Shown here piece by piece: positions 35,016 to 47,472 of a stretch of 64,000 nucleotides of DNA. The notes beneath the pieces are model-generated. The model saw only the letters and a program-made list of their open reading frames with translations. It searched no databases and was not told the DNA's origin. The position numbers and the translations under genes are program-made. The DNA is from Zancudomyces culisetae HAW-14-8. Taxonomy: Eukaryota; Fungi; Kickxellomycota. Each line of letters starts with the position of its first letter. Within the stretch, counting starts at the first letter, position 1. The stretch lies in NCBI GenBank assembly GCA_052426225.1, contig JBNJNM010000012.1, positions 1,178,001-1,242,000 of the forward strand, read 5' to 3'.

Positions 35016-37037
35016 ATGGCGAAGGGTAAGAGGAAGAGAATAGGCAAAGAAAACAAGGAGGGAGTATTCAGCAAAAATGAAGAGATGAAACGAAGAGGAA
35101 CAATAAATAAGGTAGAAAAATATTCTGATTTGGAGGGAAATTCAGAAGATGAATTCCACAAGAGCAGAGACAAAGTGCTGCTAGACTATGAAGAAGAAAA
35201 TTCACTTGGCCAAAGCAAAAACATGTCAGAGGAAGAGGAAGAAGAGGTGTTTAAGGTTGATTACGATACAAGCGAAGAATCTGAAGCTGAGGGGGAGTAT
35301 TCAGACGAAGACAGCGAAAGCGAGGATACCGACGACGGAGAGGATGGAGAAGAGGAGGAGGAAGAGGATAGTGAAGAAGAGGAAGAGGGTAGTGAAGAAG
35401 ATGGAGAATCATGGGGAAAACGTAAAAAAGTATACTATAATGCAGATGAGGTGCTTGATAGTTCTAATGAGGATGAAATGAATGAGGAAGAAGAGAAAGA
35501 AGCATTGAGGATTCAGAGACAGCAGTATCTACGCCTCAGACAGGAAGATTTCGGCGATCTGACACAAAGAATAAAGGTTAAAGAGAATGAGGATGAGGAC
35601 GAGAATTCAAAAAGGAGTAGAATGATAACGCAAATACAGGATATTCAGAATTTGATGGATATTGATGAATTGGAACAAAAATCAGATAGTGAAGAGATCA
35701 AAAAGTTGAGCACAGAAGAAAAGAAAAAGCTGTTAACGAAAAAACATAAAGAAGTTTTGGTAATGGTCAAAGATATCAAGAAAAGTATGACAAAAATAAA
35801 AGATTTAGAAGAAAAGCTGGAAAAAGAAAGCAATACTGAAATTTTGGGTGTAATATACCAGCTCGAGCTGACAAAGATAAGTTGCTTGGGATTCTACCTA
35901 ATGGCTAAAAGTTCTGAAAAAGCCAGACTTGAAGGGCTTGGAGAGCTCAAGGAGCACGCAGTAGTGCCAGTGATAATGAAGCTTCAAGAACAGTTGGATA
36001 GTCTATATAAAATCCATGAAAGATCCAAGCTTATAAATGGCCGCAAATGGGACAGTGAGGACGAAAGTGACGTTAGCGTTAAAAACAATGAAGAAAGTGA
36101 TGCAATTGACTATAGATACTCTGATTCTGAAAATGGTCTTGAAATTTCAGACAAAGAAAATGTTGGTGGAAGGAAAAAAAAGACGAGCAAAGACAAAAAG
36201 AGGAGAGGACGGATTGAGGAAAAGAGTAGAAGCGTTGATAACGATGCTATGGAATACTATAATTTGAAGAGAGACCTAGTAGGTAGTAAACCGGCCGGAA
36301 AACGCAGGTCCGCTGTAAATAGAAACGAAGCGACAGAAATGATTGGAGAATTTAAATACATGGATCAAGATGACTACGAGGATAAGGAAAAAGCGTTTAG
36401 ACAAAAGAGTTTGAGGAACCACGCTTCAAAACTGATAAATTCATCAAACAAGAAAGACAAACGCTTAGCCCTAAGCGGAGATATAGATATTCCATACAAA
36501 AAACATGCAAAGAACATAGCTGTAGTAGAGGATGATGGTCAGCAGTTCGGTAACTTTGATGAAGAGCCACCAGTTGCTAAAGGAAAGCATGATCGTAGTG
36601 GTAATAGCGCTGGTGGGGATGATCTCAGCGGCGACGACGAATACTATAACCAAATCAAACATCAATCTAAAAAACTCAAGGATCAAAAGCAGCACCGAAA
36701 ATTACAGAATAAATCAGATGCTTGGAAGACTGTTTTGGAGAACAATGTTGAAAGAGAGAAACTTGACTCTGTGGATGTTTCCTATGACGCCGCAAGTGGA
36801 GCTATATCACAGTCCAACAAACGTGGAATTAACTTTTACATCCTCAAAAACAAAGGGCTTACGCCTAAACGCTCCAAGGAACAAAGAAACCCAAGAGTTA
36901 AACGCAGAGTTAGATATGAAAACGCTAAAAAGAAAATGCACAGCAACAGGATTCACGATTCCGCTACCCGCAACCACTATGCTGGTGAACGCACAGGTAT
37001 CAACGACTCTCTGTCGAAATCTGTTAAATTTTCTTGA
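35016..37037 (+). CDS. SAS10: SSU processome protein Sas10/Utp3
   Basis: DEFHKSRDKVLL, WGKRKKVYY.AD, EEKEALRIQ, central Sas10/C1D-like region, C-terminal KRGINFYILKNKGLTPKRSKEQRNPRVKRRVRY...YAGERTGI...SKSVKF. Confidence 0.95.
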   Translation: MAKGKRKRIGKENKEGVFSKNEEMKRRGTINKVEKYSDLEGNSEDEFHKSRDKVLLDYEEENSLGQSKNMSEEEEEEVFKVDYDTSEESEAEGEYSDEDSESEDTDDGEDGEEEEEEDSEEEEEGSEEDGESWGKRKKVYYNADEVLDSSNEDEMNEEEEKEALRIQRQQYLRLRQEDFGDLTQRIKVKENEDEDENSKRSRMITQIQDIQNLMDIDELEQKSDSEEIKKLSTEEKKKLLTKKHKEVLVMVKDIKKSMTKIKDLEEKLEKESNTEILGVIYQLELTKISCLGFYLMAKSSEKARLEGLGELKEHAVVPVIMKLQEQLDSLYKIHERSKLINGRKWDSEDESDVSVKNNEESDAIDYRYSDSENGLEISDKENVGGRKKKTSKDKKRRGRIEEKSRSVDNDAMEYYNLKRDLVGSKPAGKRRSAVNRNEATEMIGEFKYMDQDDYEDKEKAFRQKSLRNHASKLINSSNKKDKRLALSGDIDIPYKKHAKNIAVVEDDGQQFGNFDEEPPVAKGKHDRSGNSAGGDDLSGDDEYYNQIKHQSKKLKDQKQHRKLQNKSDAWKTVLENNVEREKLDSVDVSYDAASGAISQSNKRGINFYILKNKGLTPKRSKEQRNPRVKRRVRYENAKKKMHSNRIHDSATRNHYAGERTGINDSLSKSVKFS

Positions 37038-38982
37038 GGTGTTTTTCCTATGCCTTTTCAATCTGGTTTTTATCATACTAAGTTATACTATTCTGTTTAA
37101 ATTTTGTGTTTTTTTTTTTGCTTTTCTCAGAATGAAGAAAAAATACTATTACAATCATCGAACGACTCCATGGATACATGAATTGTTTCTGGATGGGCGA
37201 GGAGGAAGGGGGGGGAGGTGAATACCTTCTCCATACAACCAACTCCTTGTATAACTCTGTAGCAAGGCACCTTTTTTTTTGCTTTTCTTACCCTGTTCAT
37301 TTCCAACAGCCTTTTTTAGATGGCGGTATTGAAAGAAAGAAAAAAAAGGAAATAATTTAGACCTATCCCACAGATCACTTTCTATTGCTGTATATACTAA
37401 CTTTTGAATGTGGAATAGCGTGAACTGTGGAGAAACCAGAGTTAACATATGTGGAGAGATTGTGTATCAAAAGTTCGATGTATAAGAATGTGAGTTCACA
37501 GTATCTGTTACATTTCAGTTTCTACTTTTTGGCATCAACATCGATAGGACGCAGACTGTAGTTGAAAAAAAGAGAACCAAGTGTGCATAAATGATATTGG
37601 GGAAGAGTGTTTTTTTATTTTATTTGGGTATATAATCTGTCCTGTTGGGTTTATCCGTCTTTGAAACCAAGATTTTATTTACCCATGCTCTACTATACCA
37701 GTTGCTTTTCATCAGCCCGTAATATAAAACTTTTTTTCTATTTTTCTAACTTTCTCCACTATTTAATTTCTTAATCCCCAAGGTTCATGAATACTTTTTT
37801 TTTATTTTATTTTTAATTTTATCTCCATTTTTTTCCATCTCGCATTTCCCATTTGCAATTTAAGTCAAAAAACGGTATGGTTTAAAAGGTAGGTTAATAT
37901 CTATTTATAGTTGTTTCAGATTAAACTCAAACCATCACCAATTAGCCAGTATAAGCGTACTTTCCATATGGCCTCAACTCGCCAACCTATGGTTAGGAAA
38001 ATTAAACTGTGGTACACCACACTCTTACGTTTTTATCTACAACTATGCTAATACAACTACAGCGTTATCCTCCTCTCCCCCTCTCTCTCTCCTTAAACCA
38101 AAATTAAGCTATTTAGTATAGGCCATCTATACGCTCCCACGAAATACACACTTGTATACATAGGGTATTTCAACTTATCACTCTTTAGCAATCTCAGCTC
38201 TAAGAACATAGCATTTGCAACCCAATGGTGACAATAGAATTTAAAACATTGTTGTATATTAATTGGTAGTATCTATAAGGTTTCAAATGTGACAAAATGT
38301 CCACCAGCAAAAATAATAATAAAAATAATGGTGTAAATGGACAAATAGAGACCTTATCTACTTTAATATATCCCCATCCACTTATCTATCCACAAAACAA
38401 ACCCTAATATTAAATAATTCGATATACAATCACAAAAAACACTAAATGGGACAAGTATCATGCCAATTCAGGCGTTTTGTGCGTCTCAACATCTGCATGG
38501 CTATATGAAAACATTATATTAAATTTTTGTGGGTATTGGTTTTTATTAAATTTGCTTGGTTATTAATGCTCGAGCTATTGAATTGTATTAACTTGTAGAT
38601 GGTAGGGTATTACCAGAAACAAAAACAAAAGATGCGCTAATACGATACAATCATGGTGTCTTATTTTTGTTTATACCTTACTTACTACATCTTATAAGCG
38701 TTTTCTGATTGTTTCTCTTTAGTATATAACCAACACTATTTCCATTTAGAAATTTCAATTCGAGTTCAAGATCAACATAAAAGAAAGACATTCATTTAAC
38801 TTTTCTTTCATTCAACACTTCTGCATATATTATTGTATATAATCAAAGCATTGTAAGGATCTATACGCATAATTACCATAATATACCCATCCATAGCATT
38901 TCATTTTTTTTTTACGCAACAATTACTAATCGCGGTTCTAATTGTACTTTAAATAGAAACAACCAAAAAAAAATACAACGAA

Positions 38983-39954
38983 ATGAAGTTCTTGAAAGCA
39001 GCATTGAGTATTGTTGGATTTGCAAACATTGCAGCAGCCGGTGATGCCGGTAAATGGGGAGGATACGGAGGCGGTTCTTTTATTAGACCAGGTATCCCAG
39101 CCGTAAAGCCTGTTCCTCAAATTCCAGGACTTGACCCAGAGTTTTTGGCATTGATATCAAAGATCCCAGTTTTGGCAGCCATCTTCGGAAGTGGTAGTGT
39201 ACTTGGACCTAACTCACTCGTTGGATTGCTTGGAATCTTGGGTTTCAACCCCGACCTGACAGCCTCATCCGGAGGAGCTTACAAGGCAGGCGGAAGCTCA
39301 AGTGGTGTCACTGTATATCTAACTCCAGCTGAAAGCGCCTTCATTCTTTACTTGCTCAATGAGGCTCAGAATGAACAAGCAATCGGTGGATCACAAGCCA
39401 ACCAAATTCAATTGGGATCTTTGAACATAACTGATGCCAACACATACCCAGGTCCAGTTGACAGACCACCATTGACAGAAGGAACACCACAATGCTACTT
39501 GCCATTCTCCCACGGTTCCCAAGCCTTCACCATGGGTCCCACTCCAGTATCCTACAACTTCAACCAGCCAATCCCAATCCACTGTGAGGAAAGCACCAAC
39601 TGGGCATTTAGATTTACAGTATCCGCAAACTCTGACACACACATCTTGGTCTATGGACACGACAACCCAACTACTGACACTACTGCACAAGAAATCACCA
39701 TCACCAACTCGCTTCTCGGCTCCACCATCGCTAACGGTATTCAAGCTAACCCAAGCACCACTACATATGCTCAAGTGAACAGAAATATTATTGTCAGATA
39801 CCTCGACGGTGAACTGCAAGTATTGGTAAATGGACAAGTTGTTGCCAAGAAAACTGTTGAAGATACTTTCTATAACATTGCTGTTGCAAACGCTGTTGGC
39901 AGCACTGTTGTTAACAACATCAATGAAATCTGTCTGTCTGCCGCATACTGTTAA
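38983..39954 (+). CDS. Secreted protein: Gly/Pro-rich N-terminus plus C-terminal beta-sandwich resembling the Methyltransf_FA (FAMeT-like) domain
   Basis: Signal peptide; strongly biased C-ending codons; FRFTVSANSDTHIL...QEITI...STI...IIVRYLDGELQV. Probable 5'UTR intron 38853-38956 (GTAAGG...TACTAAT...AAATAG). Confidence refers to the gene; the domain call is weaker. Confidence 0.8.
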   Translation: MKFLKAALSIVGFANIAAAGDAGKWGGYGGGSFIRPGIPAVKPVPQIPGLDPEFLALISKIPVLAAIFGSGSVLGPNSLVGLLGILGFNPDLTASSGGAYKAGGSSSGVTVYLTPAESAFILYLLNEAQNEQAIGGSQANQIQLGSLNITDANTYPGPVDRPPLTEGTPQCYLPFSHGSQAFTMGPTPVSYNFNQPIPIHCEESTNWAFRFTVSANSDTHILVYGHDNPTTDTTAQEITITNSLLGSTIANGIQANPSTTTYAQVNRNIIVRYLDGELQVLVNGQVVAKKTVEDTFYNIAVANAVGSTVVNNINEICLSAAYC

Positions 39955-40645
39955 ATGGTACTCTCTTATTTAATGACGAACGTGTTTGGTATACATGCAA
40001 TTGATTGCTTTTGTTGTTATTGCGCGAATTCAGGATAGCGTGTGCGTGCCTTACTACATTCTACCATATTTTTATCATTTTACAACTTTTTTTCTCATAA
40101 AACCTCATGAATGATTAGCATTTCTTCAAGTATTTCATTGAAAGGCATTAATAAACTTTATTGATTCAATGTTTGACTTTTACTATACGAATTCAGTAGC
40201 GTAGTGGAAGTGCATTTGAATTTAATTATACATTTCAAAACTAAAAAGTGGCTAAGCTTCACACTTGGTTGGGTAGGGATAGGGTGACGAGAGATAAAAA
40301 GAGGGTGCAAGTATAGGTACATATAACTCCTGTACAAGGCGTGTATCCTCCCACTTCCCTCCTTTACCTTTACCTCTACCTTTCACTTTCTTGAACTATC
40401 CTGTGTAGCAGGCATCGTTACATATTCTGCTTATTCACATTCCCAAAAACCAATTACTCAGTTATGCTTTTTCCATTCATATACCAGTAGCTGCGACTTA
40501 TAATTACAAATTGGCAAGCAAGGCAAAGTTTGATTTATAAATAAGATAGAAAATATAATAGTATCAGCATTATTTTAGAAACAAATATAACCCTGGTTCA
40601 GTATAAACCAAGGTCCACCCCCGTCCCTTTTTTTAAAAAAAGAAA

Positions 40646-40688
40646 GGGGAGGGAGTGGGAGGTGGGAGGTGGGAGGTGGGAGGTGGGA
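40646..40688 (+). repeat. G-rich tandem heptamer (GGGAGGT)n, potential G-quadruplex
   Basis: GGGGAGGGAGTGGGAGGTGGGAGGTGGGAGGTGGGAGGTGGGA abutting the fasciclin stop codon. Confidence 0.85.
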
Positions 40689-40689
40689 C

Positions 40690-41501
40690 CTACAAAAACA
40701 AAAAGTCAACATAATACAAAACCCCATTAAAGGCAGTTTTCTTGTTTGTAACATCTACCCTAATTAGCGCGATACTAGAGTGTGAAATTTGATTTCGCTT
40801 TAGGTAAACGGTGCCACCACCATTTGAAGCCACCATAAGTTCCAACTTAGTATCAGCATTTAATGTGGAAAGAACGGTTCCAGCTTTCAAGCTCTCTAGC
40901 TTTTGAATTCCTGGTAGAATATGCCTGGACATTAAGGGACACAGATATTCCGGTTCAGGTGCCTGTCTCCATTCTTTAAAAGCAGCATTTGTGGGGGCCA
41001 AGATAGTAATTTGTTCATTCCGGTTGGAAATTTGCTGAGCCTAATCATAGAAACACAAAAAACGACCTTTGAGTTAAATATTTGCATCAAATTATGTCGC
41101 AATTTGGCGTAGGGAGGAAATTCTGCCAACATAAATGCGTTTAAAGATTAATGAGCAATTTAATGCAACAGACGCACACATACACATTCACACATACACA
41201 CAATTCTTTAAACGAGTGTATAAATTCTTACCAGTTTTGGACAAACCCTAAATGCGTCCATAGCAGTAGATGCACTATTTGTGGCAGCTAGAAGCTCATT
41301 TAAAGTAGGTGGCCCATTTTCGACGTCAACATCAATTATTTTGACATCTTGGCCGCCTCCAAAAGGGTGTTGTTTTGTGTTAGCTAAAAGTCTGGTATTA
41401 CTCGGATCCTTTTTTTGATCTTCCATTTGCAGAGACTGAATTTTCGTAAAGAAAGCTAGGTGAAGACATAAAACAAGTGTGTATACTAACGTTTTGTTCA
41501 T
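40690..41501 (-). CDS. Secreted single fasciclin (FAS1) domain protein (exons 41501-41232, 41040-40690)
   Basis: Signal peptide; spliced H1 motif ITILAPTNAAF, HIL, LSTLN, H2 motif AFNGVLYYVDFLFL. Confidence 0.88.
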
Positions 41502-42131
41502 TTTATAAACACGTCCCTTTTAAGAATAAACTAATTCTGTTTGTTTTGGGGGGGAGGGAGGGAGGGAGTGTAATCTTGATTTCTGTGGAGTCTATGACAA
41601 TTTCGAGATATTAAACTCTTTGGTAACTTTTCTCTGGCTTTGTTGTCAAACTGAGACGTGAAAAGAAAAAAAGCTTGTACTGTGATTTAGAATGATGTTT
41701 ATAAACACAAAAGCTACTGGTACAACAATTTGACTTACTTTTTCGTTTTGATATGTGGGACAATTCGTTAAGATTCTAGAACAGTGTCCTTTATAATAAA
41801 TAATTTATGAAAGCTAACATTATAAAACAAGGCATAATCTACATTAAATAAAATGAACTATGGGAGGGGCTGGGCAGTGTGCATTTTATTTCTGAGATTT
41901 TTCAATTCCCTTTGCTCTTAGTGGTTTGATAAAAAAAAAATTGAAGAATTGACACGTGCTTTACTGATATAATATGGATTTTCAAAAGTTTATTATTGGG
42001 ATGAACAAGTGAAAAAATATAAAGCCTAAATAAAAATAATAATAAATTAAAAAAACATATATTTGTCAAGACTGCTTTAAACACAATACAAAAAAAAAAG
42101 TTAAAGCTCAACAATACGATCAGGATCGAAA

Positions 42132-43200
42132 ATGGCACAAGAATATGAAGAGGCACAGCGTTTAATACACAAAATCAAATCCGAAATCAAATCTCTGGCA
42201 CTGAATAATCCTGACCAGACGCTAATACAAGGTATTTTTTTTTATTTGCAATACTCAAAGTTTTTTCTTGATCCTCTATATGCTAACAGAATGCAAACGT
42301 AAATAATAAATGTTGATAGCTTCAACAGCATTAGATCTACAAACTTTGCAAAGATGCATAACTAGCTACAAACAATTCATCTGGAATGAAAAGAATCCAA
42401 AAAAGAGCGCGAAAATGACTGAGTAACTAGCACTTACCAATAATCTTTTATTTCATTTGCCAAAGAGACTAGCTTGTAGCATATACTTGATATATGTATA
42501 TATAAATATACTTAGGGAGGCTGATAAAATGACGGATATACATGAAGAACTAATCAATGAATTTAGATTAGTGAAAAACAGAAACATGACTAGGGTAATC
42601 AAGAAACTAGTATAGCTAATAGTGTTTGTCAATGCAAAGGTCGAATTTAGAAAAACTACACAGATAAAGCGATGTTTTTTTTTTAGTGATACCATGTATA
42701 AATACTTGTAATTTTAGGCTACAGTGGTAAATGACAGAAATGAATTGTTTCAACGTGGGGACAAGAGACGAAACAAGGTAATACATATAAATATCTGATT
42801 TACCAGAGACAACATAAAGAATAGTGATAGAAATGGACAACAAAAGTAAATATAAAACCAAATGTGAATGTAGTACGAATCAACAATCCCTATGGGATTT
42901 GACACGAATTCTTCAGGCAATTATGGACTGGATAGGGAAGCAGATTTTATGCAAAGCAGCGAGATAGAAATTGATGGCTTTATTGGGCAAGGAGTGGCGG
43001 CCCTGGAGAACTTGAGGCAGCAGCGAGGGTTGCTTCAACGTTCACGTGGAAAGGTCCAAAACAGCCGTGGTGTGTTGGGGCTTTCGGGGAAGGTGATAGA
43101 TTACATCAACCGAAGAAATGCCCAAGACAAGGCGATTCTTATTGGAGGAATGATAATTACAACAATATGCATATATCTTGTTATCAAATACCTGGGATGA
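42132..43200 (+). CDS. BOS1: Qb-SNARE Bos1/membrin (GOSR2), about 5 exons
   Basis: GT-AG exons join in frame from MAQEYEEAQRL via RNELF to SNARE motif IDGFIGQGVAALENLRQQRGLL...LGLSGKVIDYINRRNAQDK and a C-terminal TM helix. Confidence 0.88.
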
Positions 43201-43362
43201 GGGAAAGATCATAGTTGTAGCAATAATAATGATAATAATAATAATAAATGTAGAGAACTTTTAGTTATAAGATTATGATGATTTGGATAGTAATAAAAGC
43301 TGATTGTAGCAAAATAGCTGCAGAAAGGTAGAAATAATACGTTTGATCTAAATAAAAAGCTA

Positions 43363-45743
43363 TTACCAATCATCATCATCATCCTGTTCAGAGTCAGAAC
43401 CAGCAATGGCTTTGTTTCGCTTAGATAAAGCAAGAGCTAGAGCGCTAGAAAGACCAGCACCCTGAGGAGTACTGGGGGTAGGCGATGTAGCAGATGGTTT
43501 GGCAGCTTTTGCCCCAGCGACTCCAGCTGGCTCTCGAGTAGCAACCTTTTTGAGATTCGTTTTTGAAGCGGCTCGAATAGATGCCATAAGGCTACTCTGA
43601 ATATCACCTATGTCGGGTAAGTTAGAGGAACGTGGAGGAGCAGAGGCGGTATCAGATTGCGGTGGGGAAGAGGGATGGCGCGGAGGTGGAGGAGGGGGTG
43701 GTGGTAATGGGGCACTACCAGAAGGAGGAGGTGGTGGAGGAGGAGGGGCACTACCAGAGGGAGGAGGTGGTGGAGGAGGAGGTGGGGCACTACCAGAGGG
43801 AGGAGGCGGTGGAGGAGGAGGTGGAGCACTAGAAGAAGGAGGTGGAGGAGGTGGTGGAGGTGGTGGAGCACTACCAGAGGGAGGTGGTGGAGGAGGAGGA
43901 GGTAGTGAAGACTCTCTAGCAGAAGGAGGTGGTGGAGGAGGAGGTGGGGGTGGAGGTAGTGAGGACTCTCTAGCAGGAGGAGGTGGCGGTGGTGGTGGAG
44001 GCATGTTTCCTGATGGAGGAGGAGGGGGAGGCGGAGGAGGTGGTGGAATATTAGCCGAGGGAGGTGGTGGTGGCGGAGGAGGAGGTGGTGGAATATTGGT
44101 TGAAGGGGGTGGAGGAGGAGGTGGTGGTGGTGGTGGAATACTTTCTGATTGAGGGGGTGGAGGTGGGGGAGGCGGAGGAGGAGGGATAGTCCCTGAGGGA
44201 GGAGGCGGTGGTAAAGGAGAAGATACTACAGGAGGTGTCCGTTCTCTAGCGTTTTCAGGGTTCACAGAAGAACCAGTGGAGAAATCGCTACTACCTCTTG
44301 GTGAACTATCCAGGAACTCAGGCTGGCCATTGTTGCGCGGCCTAGTATTTACAGTCTTTCTAGAAGGCGGGGGTGGAGGTGGCGGACGACCCTTCGCACC
44401 GCGCCTGGGTGGAGGTGGTGGTGGTGGCGATGCCTTCGGTTTGGTATAGATGTTGGCTGGCTGAGATGTGGTTCGTAGCGATGGCGGTGGTGGTGGTGGG
44501 GCTGGTGGGGGTGTTGGTACAACGTAATCCACGTGTTTATCCTGCTGCTGTGTTGCTGACTCGGATACGAGGCTCTCTATTCCTCCACTTTCCGCTACAA
44601 AGCTCATTATAAGTTCCCTAGCTTCTCTATCTGATATTTGGCTCTCTGTTATTCCGAACCCCTTTAGACTCTGCAGTATTGCTTTCCATTTTGGATGGTT
44701 TGGATTCTCAATCTTTTATCAGTATCATTTGTAAATTCATATTGTTAGTTTGCCTTTTTTCTTTTCTTTATTTTTTTGTGTCTTTATTTATCAAGCGTTT
44801 ATATTACGCTCAAAATATATATTCATATCCCCAAGATCCAAGATAAACCGTGCTTACCATTTCTATTTCCTGCTGGCTTAAGTTTTTGCTGTTTAATTTC
44901 GAGTATTTCTCGTTTTCGCTATTACTGCTTCCCAAATCTATAATTTTCATTTCCGTTTAGGATTTTTTTTTTTTAATTTTTGAATCAATTTTACTGCAAA
45001 GCTACAATTAAGAAAACGCTGTTAGACTTACTTGGTTTCAACTTTGCTGCTCGCTTACTCAGCTTGCCATAAAACACATTTGCCTCTTCTTCGCTGCAAA
45101 AGTCGAGCCCAAAAACATGCTCCTACGTATTTAAATTGTTTTCCTCGTTACAGTTCCGCGTATATTTCTGCAGCCTTATTCAACTTTAATATACTAATAC
45201 ACAAACATATTTCGCACAAATACAGTTTCAAAAATCTTGTTCTTACATCGCCTGCAAATATATAAAATGTACTCCTTCGTTGCTCCAATCTAAAGCCAAC
45301 ATATATCTCCTGCTCCCATATCACGCCCTCTCTTCCTTTCTATTATCATTATTATCAACGTGTTATAGCTATTTGCAGCCCTAGTATAGTTTTTAATTTT
45401 TTACTTACCAGACTTATAATCCTTAAAAAATACGCTCCTGTTTTCAAATCTTTAACTAGTATAATTGCTCCCCATATTTTCGTATATTTCCATTGCATTG
45501 ACCTTTGATCTCCAACATATAGCCTAGCTGCAGTGGCTGCCAGTATTTTCTATGTTTTATTAATGTATTCATGATTAGTTATTTTTTATTACATTAGCAC
45601 TAACCACATTCACTCTCAGCTTTGCCAAACACTAAAATGCGCATTGGATTTTTTCTAGTTTTTGTACGTACATGTTCGCTTGACATTTGGCACCGTTTTA
45701 CGAGTGCCTTATCCTCTGTTCTTAATACCGTAACCGTAGACAT
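43363..45743 (-). CDS. LAS17: WASP-family Arp2/3 activator Las17/Wsp1 (multi-exon 5' part; long last exon)
   Basis: Small 5' exons encode WH1 (KILAATAARLY, WKYTKIWGAIILVKD, YFLRII, VIWEQEIY); poly-Pro repeats; WH2 (SLMASIR...NLKKV); C region (LALALSKRNKAI); acidic DDDDDW end. Confidence 0.92.
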
Positions 45744-47472
45744 TTTTCTTCATTATTCCTAACGTTTTCTCGTCTACTGTTACTATTGCTATTATTTTAG
45801 ATTTCTTGCTAGAAACGCTAATATTTTTTATTTATAGCCCCATTAATTCAAATGCAGCTCATAATTTCACAAAGGAAAAGTACATTCAAATTTATCCTAT
45901 GAAATTTTGTATCGCATCTCTCAATCATTTTCATTCCCTGCTTTTTTTAATTAAGGGTAAGGAAAGGGGGGGGGAGAAGAAGGTTTCTAATTGATTTTTT
46001 GCAAGTGTTTATACATTACGTAATTTGCCACTTGCTGGCTTTCTCAAAATACACAACTCTTTCCATTGCCAACCCAACTCAACTCAACCCAAACCATCAC
46101 TTTTCTCCTTTGCCCAGCCTTGATTTCAGTTATTATGTTTATTTATATGTATTTTTTAATTCCAACTTCAAGCTCCGAATAAAGGGTGACAAAACATTTA
46201 CAATCAAAAAAAAAACCTACAAGAACTAAAAAAGAAGAATATCCTAATAACTTCCTTCTCTCTTCTCCCTTCTCAAAACACTGGCACTTTTCAGTGATCA
46301 CATATGACCTTGCCTTTACTAGTAACCCTTCACCTTTATTTTATTTTTTTTGATGTCTTTCTTAAAGTTTTGCTGTTTACGTCCCTTTGCCGAGCAATGC
46401 ACTTGGTAGGGTAAAACTAAACAACACATAAGCAAAATATATCGTTTACCCGCAGTATTAACATAATTGTGCCTGCCAGCAACAAAACTAATTCCTTTTT
46501 CCTACCCTATCCTGGACAGTCTAGTATATTGAGTTGGTTGAAATTAGCCTGTTTCCACCTTTCCCTTGTTATTAAAAATATACAGCCATTTTCTCCTTCC
46601 TCCCCTCTAGTTTGCTTGTCCAATAACCCAGCAAATAAATCACCAATAGAATACTCCTACCAGGATGTCAAATCAACGCAATTAGTTTTCACTTTTTTTT
46701 ATTTTTCCGTCTTTTATTTTGATCAAACGCGTATAAAATATGAACAAAATAGAATAAAAACAAAATAAAACTTTGGTGTTGGTGTTGATGTCAGTATCTG
46801 TATTAGCATTGGTGGTAAATATATGGTGAAAAAAAAAAATCACAGCCTATTACCATCCCAATGTACGCCCAACTGCTCTGTTTTGACACAATAAATAGTA
46901 ATATATGCTGCATATTAACGAAATTCATGTTTATATTTACAGCTATATAACTACTAACACAACTACAAGGATATATTTTCGCAAGAATGTGGCGAAATAG
47001 TGCGAACCAAGGTTACGATGAGTATTCACCGATCGAAAAAGGTGTGTGTATTTCTTCTTTACTCTTTATTTTTTTCAAAAAAAAACAAAAAAAAAAAAAC
47101 AAATGATCAAGGCTTTGGTATAAGAAACAAGAAGGAAAGGAAAACAGAAACCAATTCAATCCCAGAATTTTAATTGCATGCTACATATCATAAGCACGGA
47201 AAGCGCTAAGAAAATGAAAAATACAAAAAAAAAAAAGAAACTAGTTTGGCTTAAAAAGTATTAAAATAAGTTCCCACATCGAAGGAGAGAAGGGGCATAA
47301 CAGCTAAAGCAATTTCAAGCTTGGCTAAGCCATTCTCAGCGGAGTGCGAGGATATTGACTCAAACTGTCGAATTTATTGTTTTTACTCTTCTATTTTACT
47401 CTTTGATAATTATGTACATGCTTTTAACGCCTATTTTAATGTTGATGTCTAGCTTTTGAGCCTCAGGTTCCT

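Noticed and set aside
43610-44152. 180-aa Gly-rich ORF
   Set aside because: Reverse complement of the Las17 poly-proline repeats.
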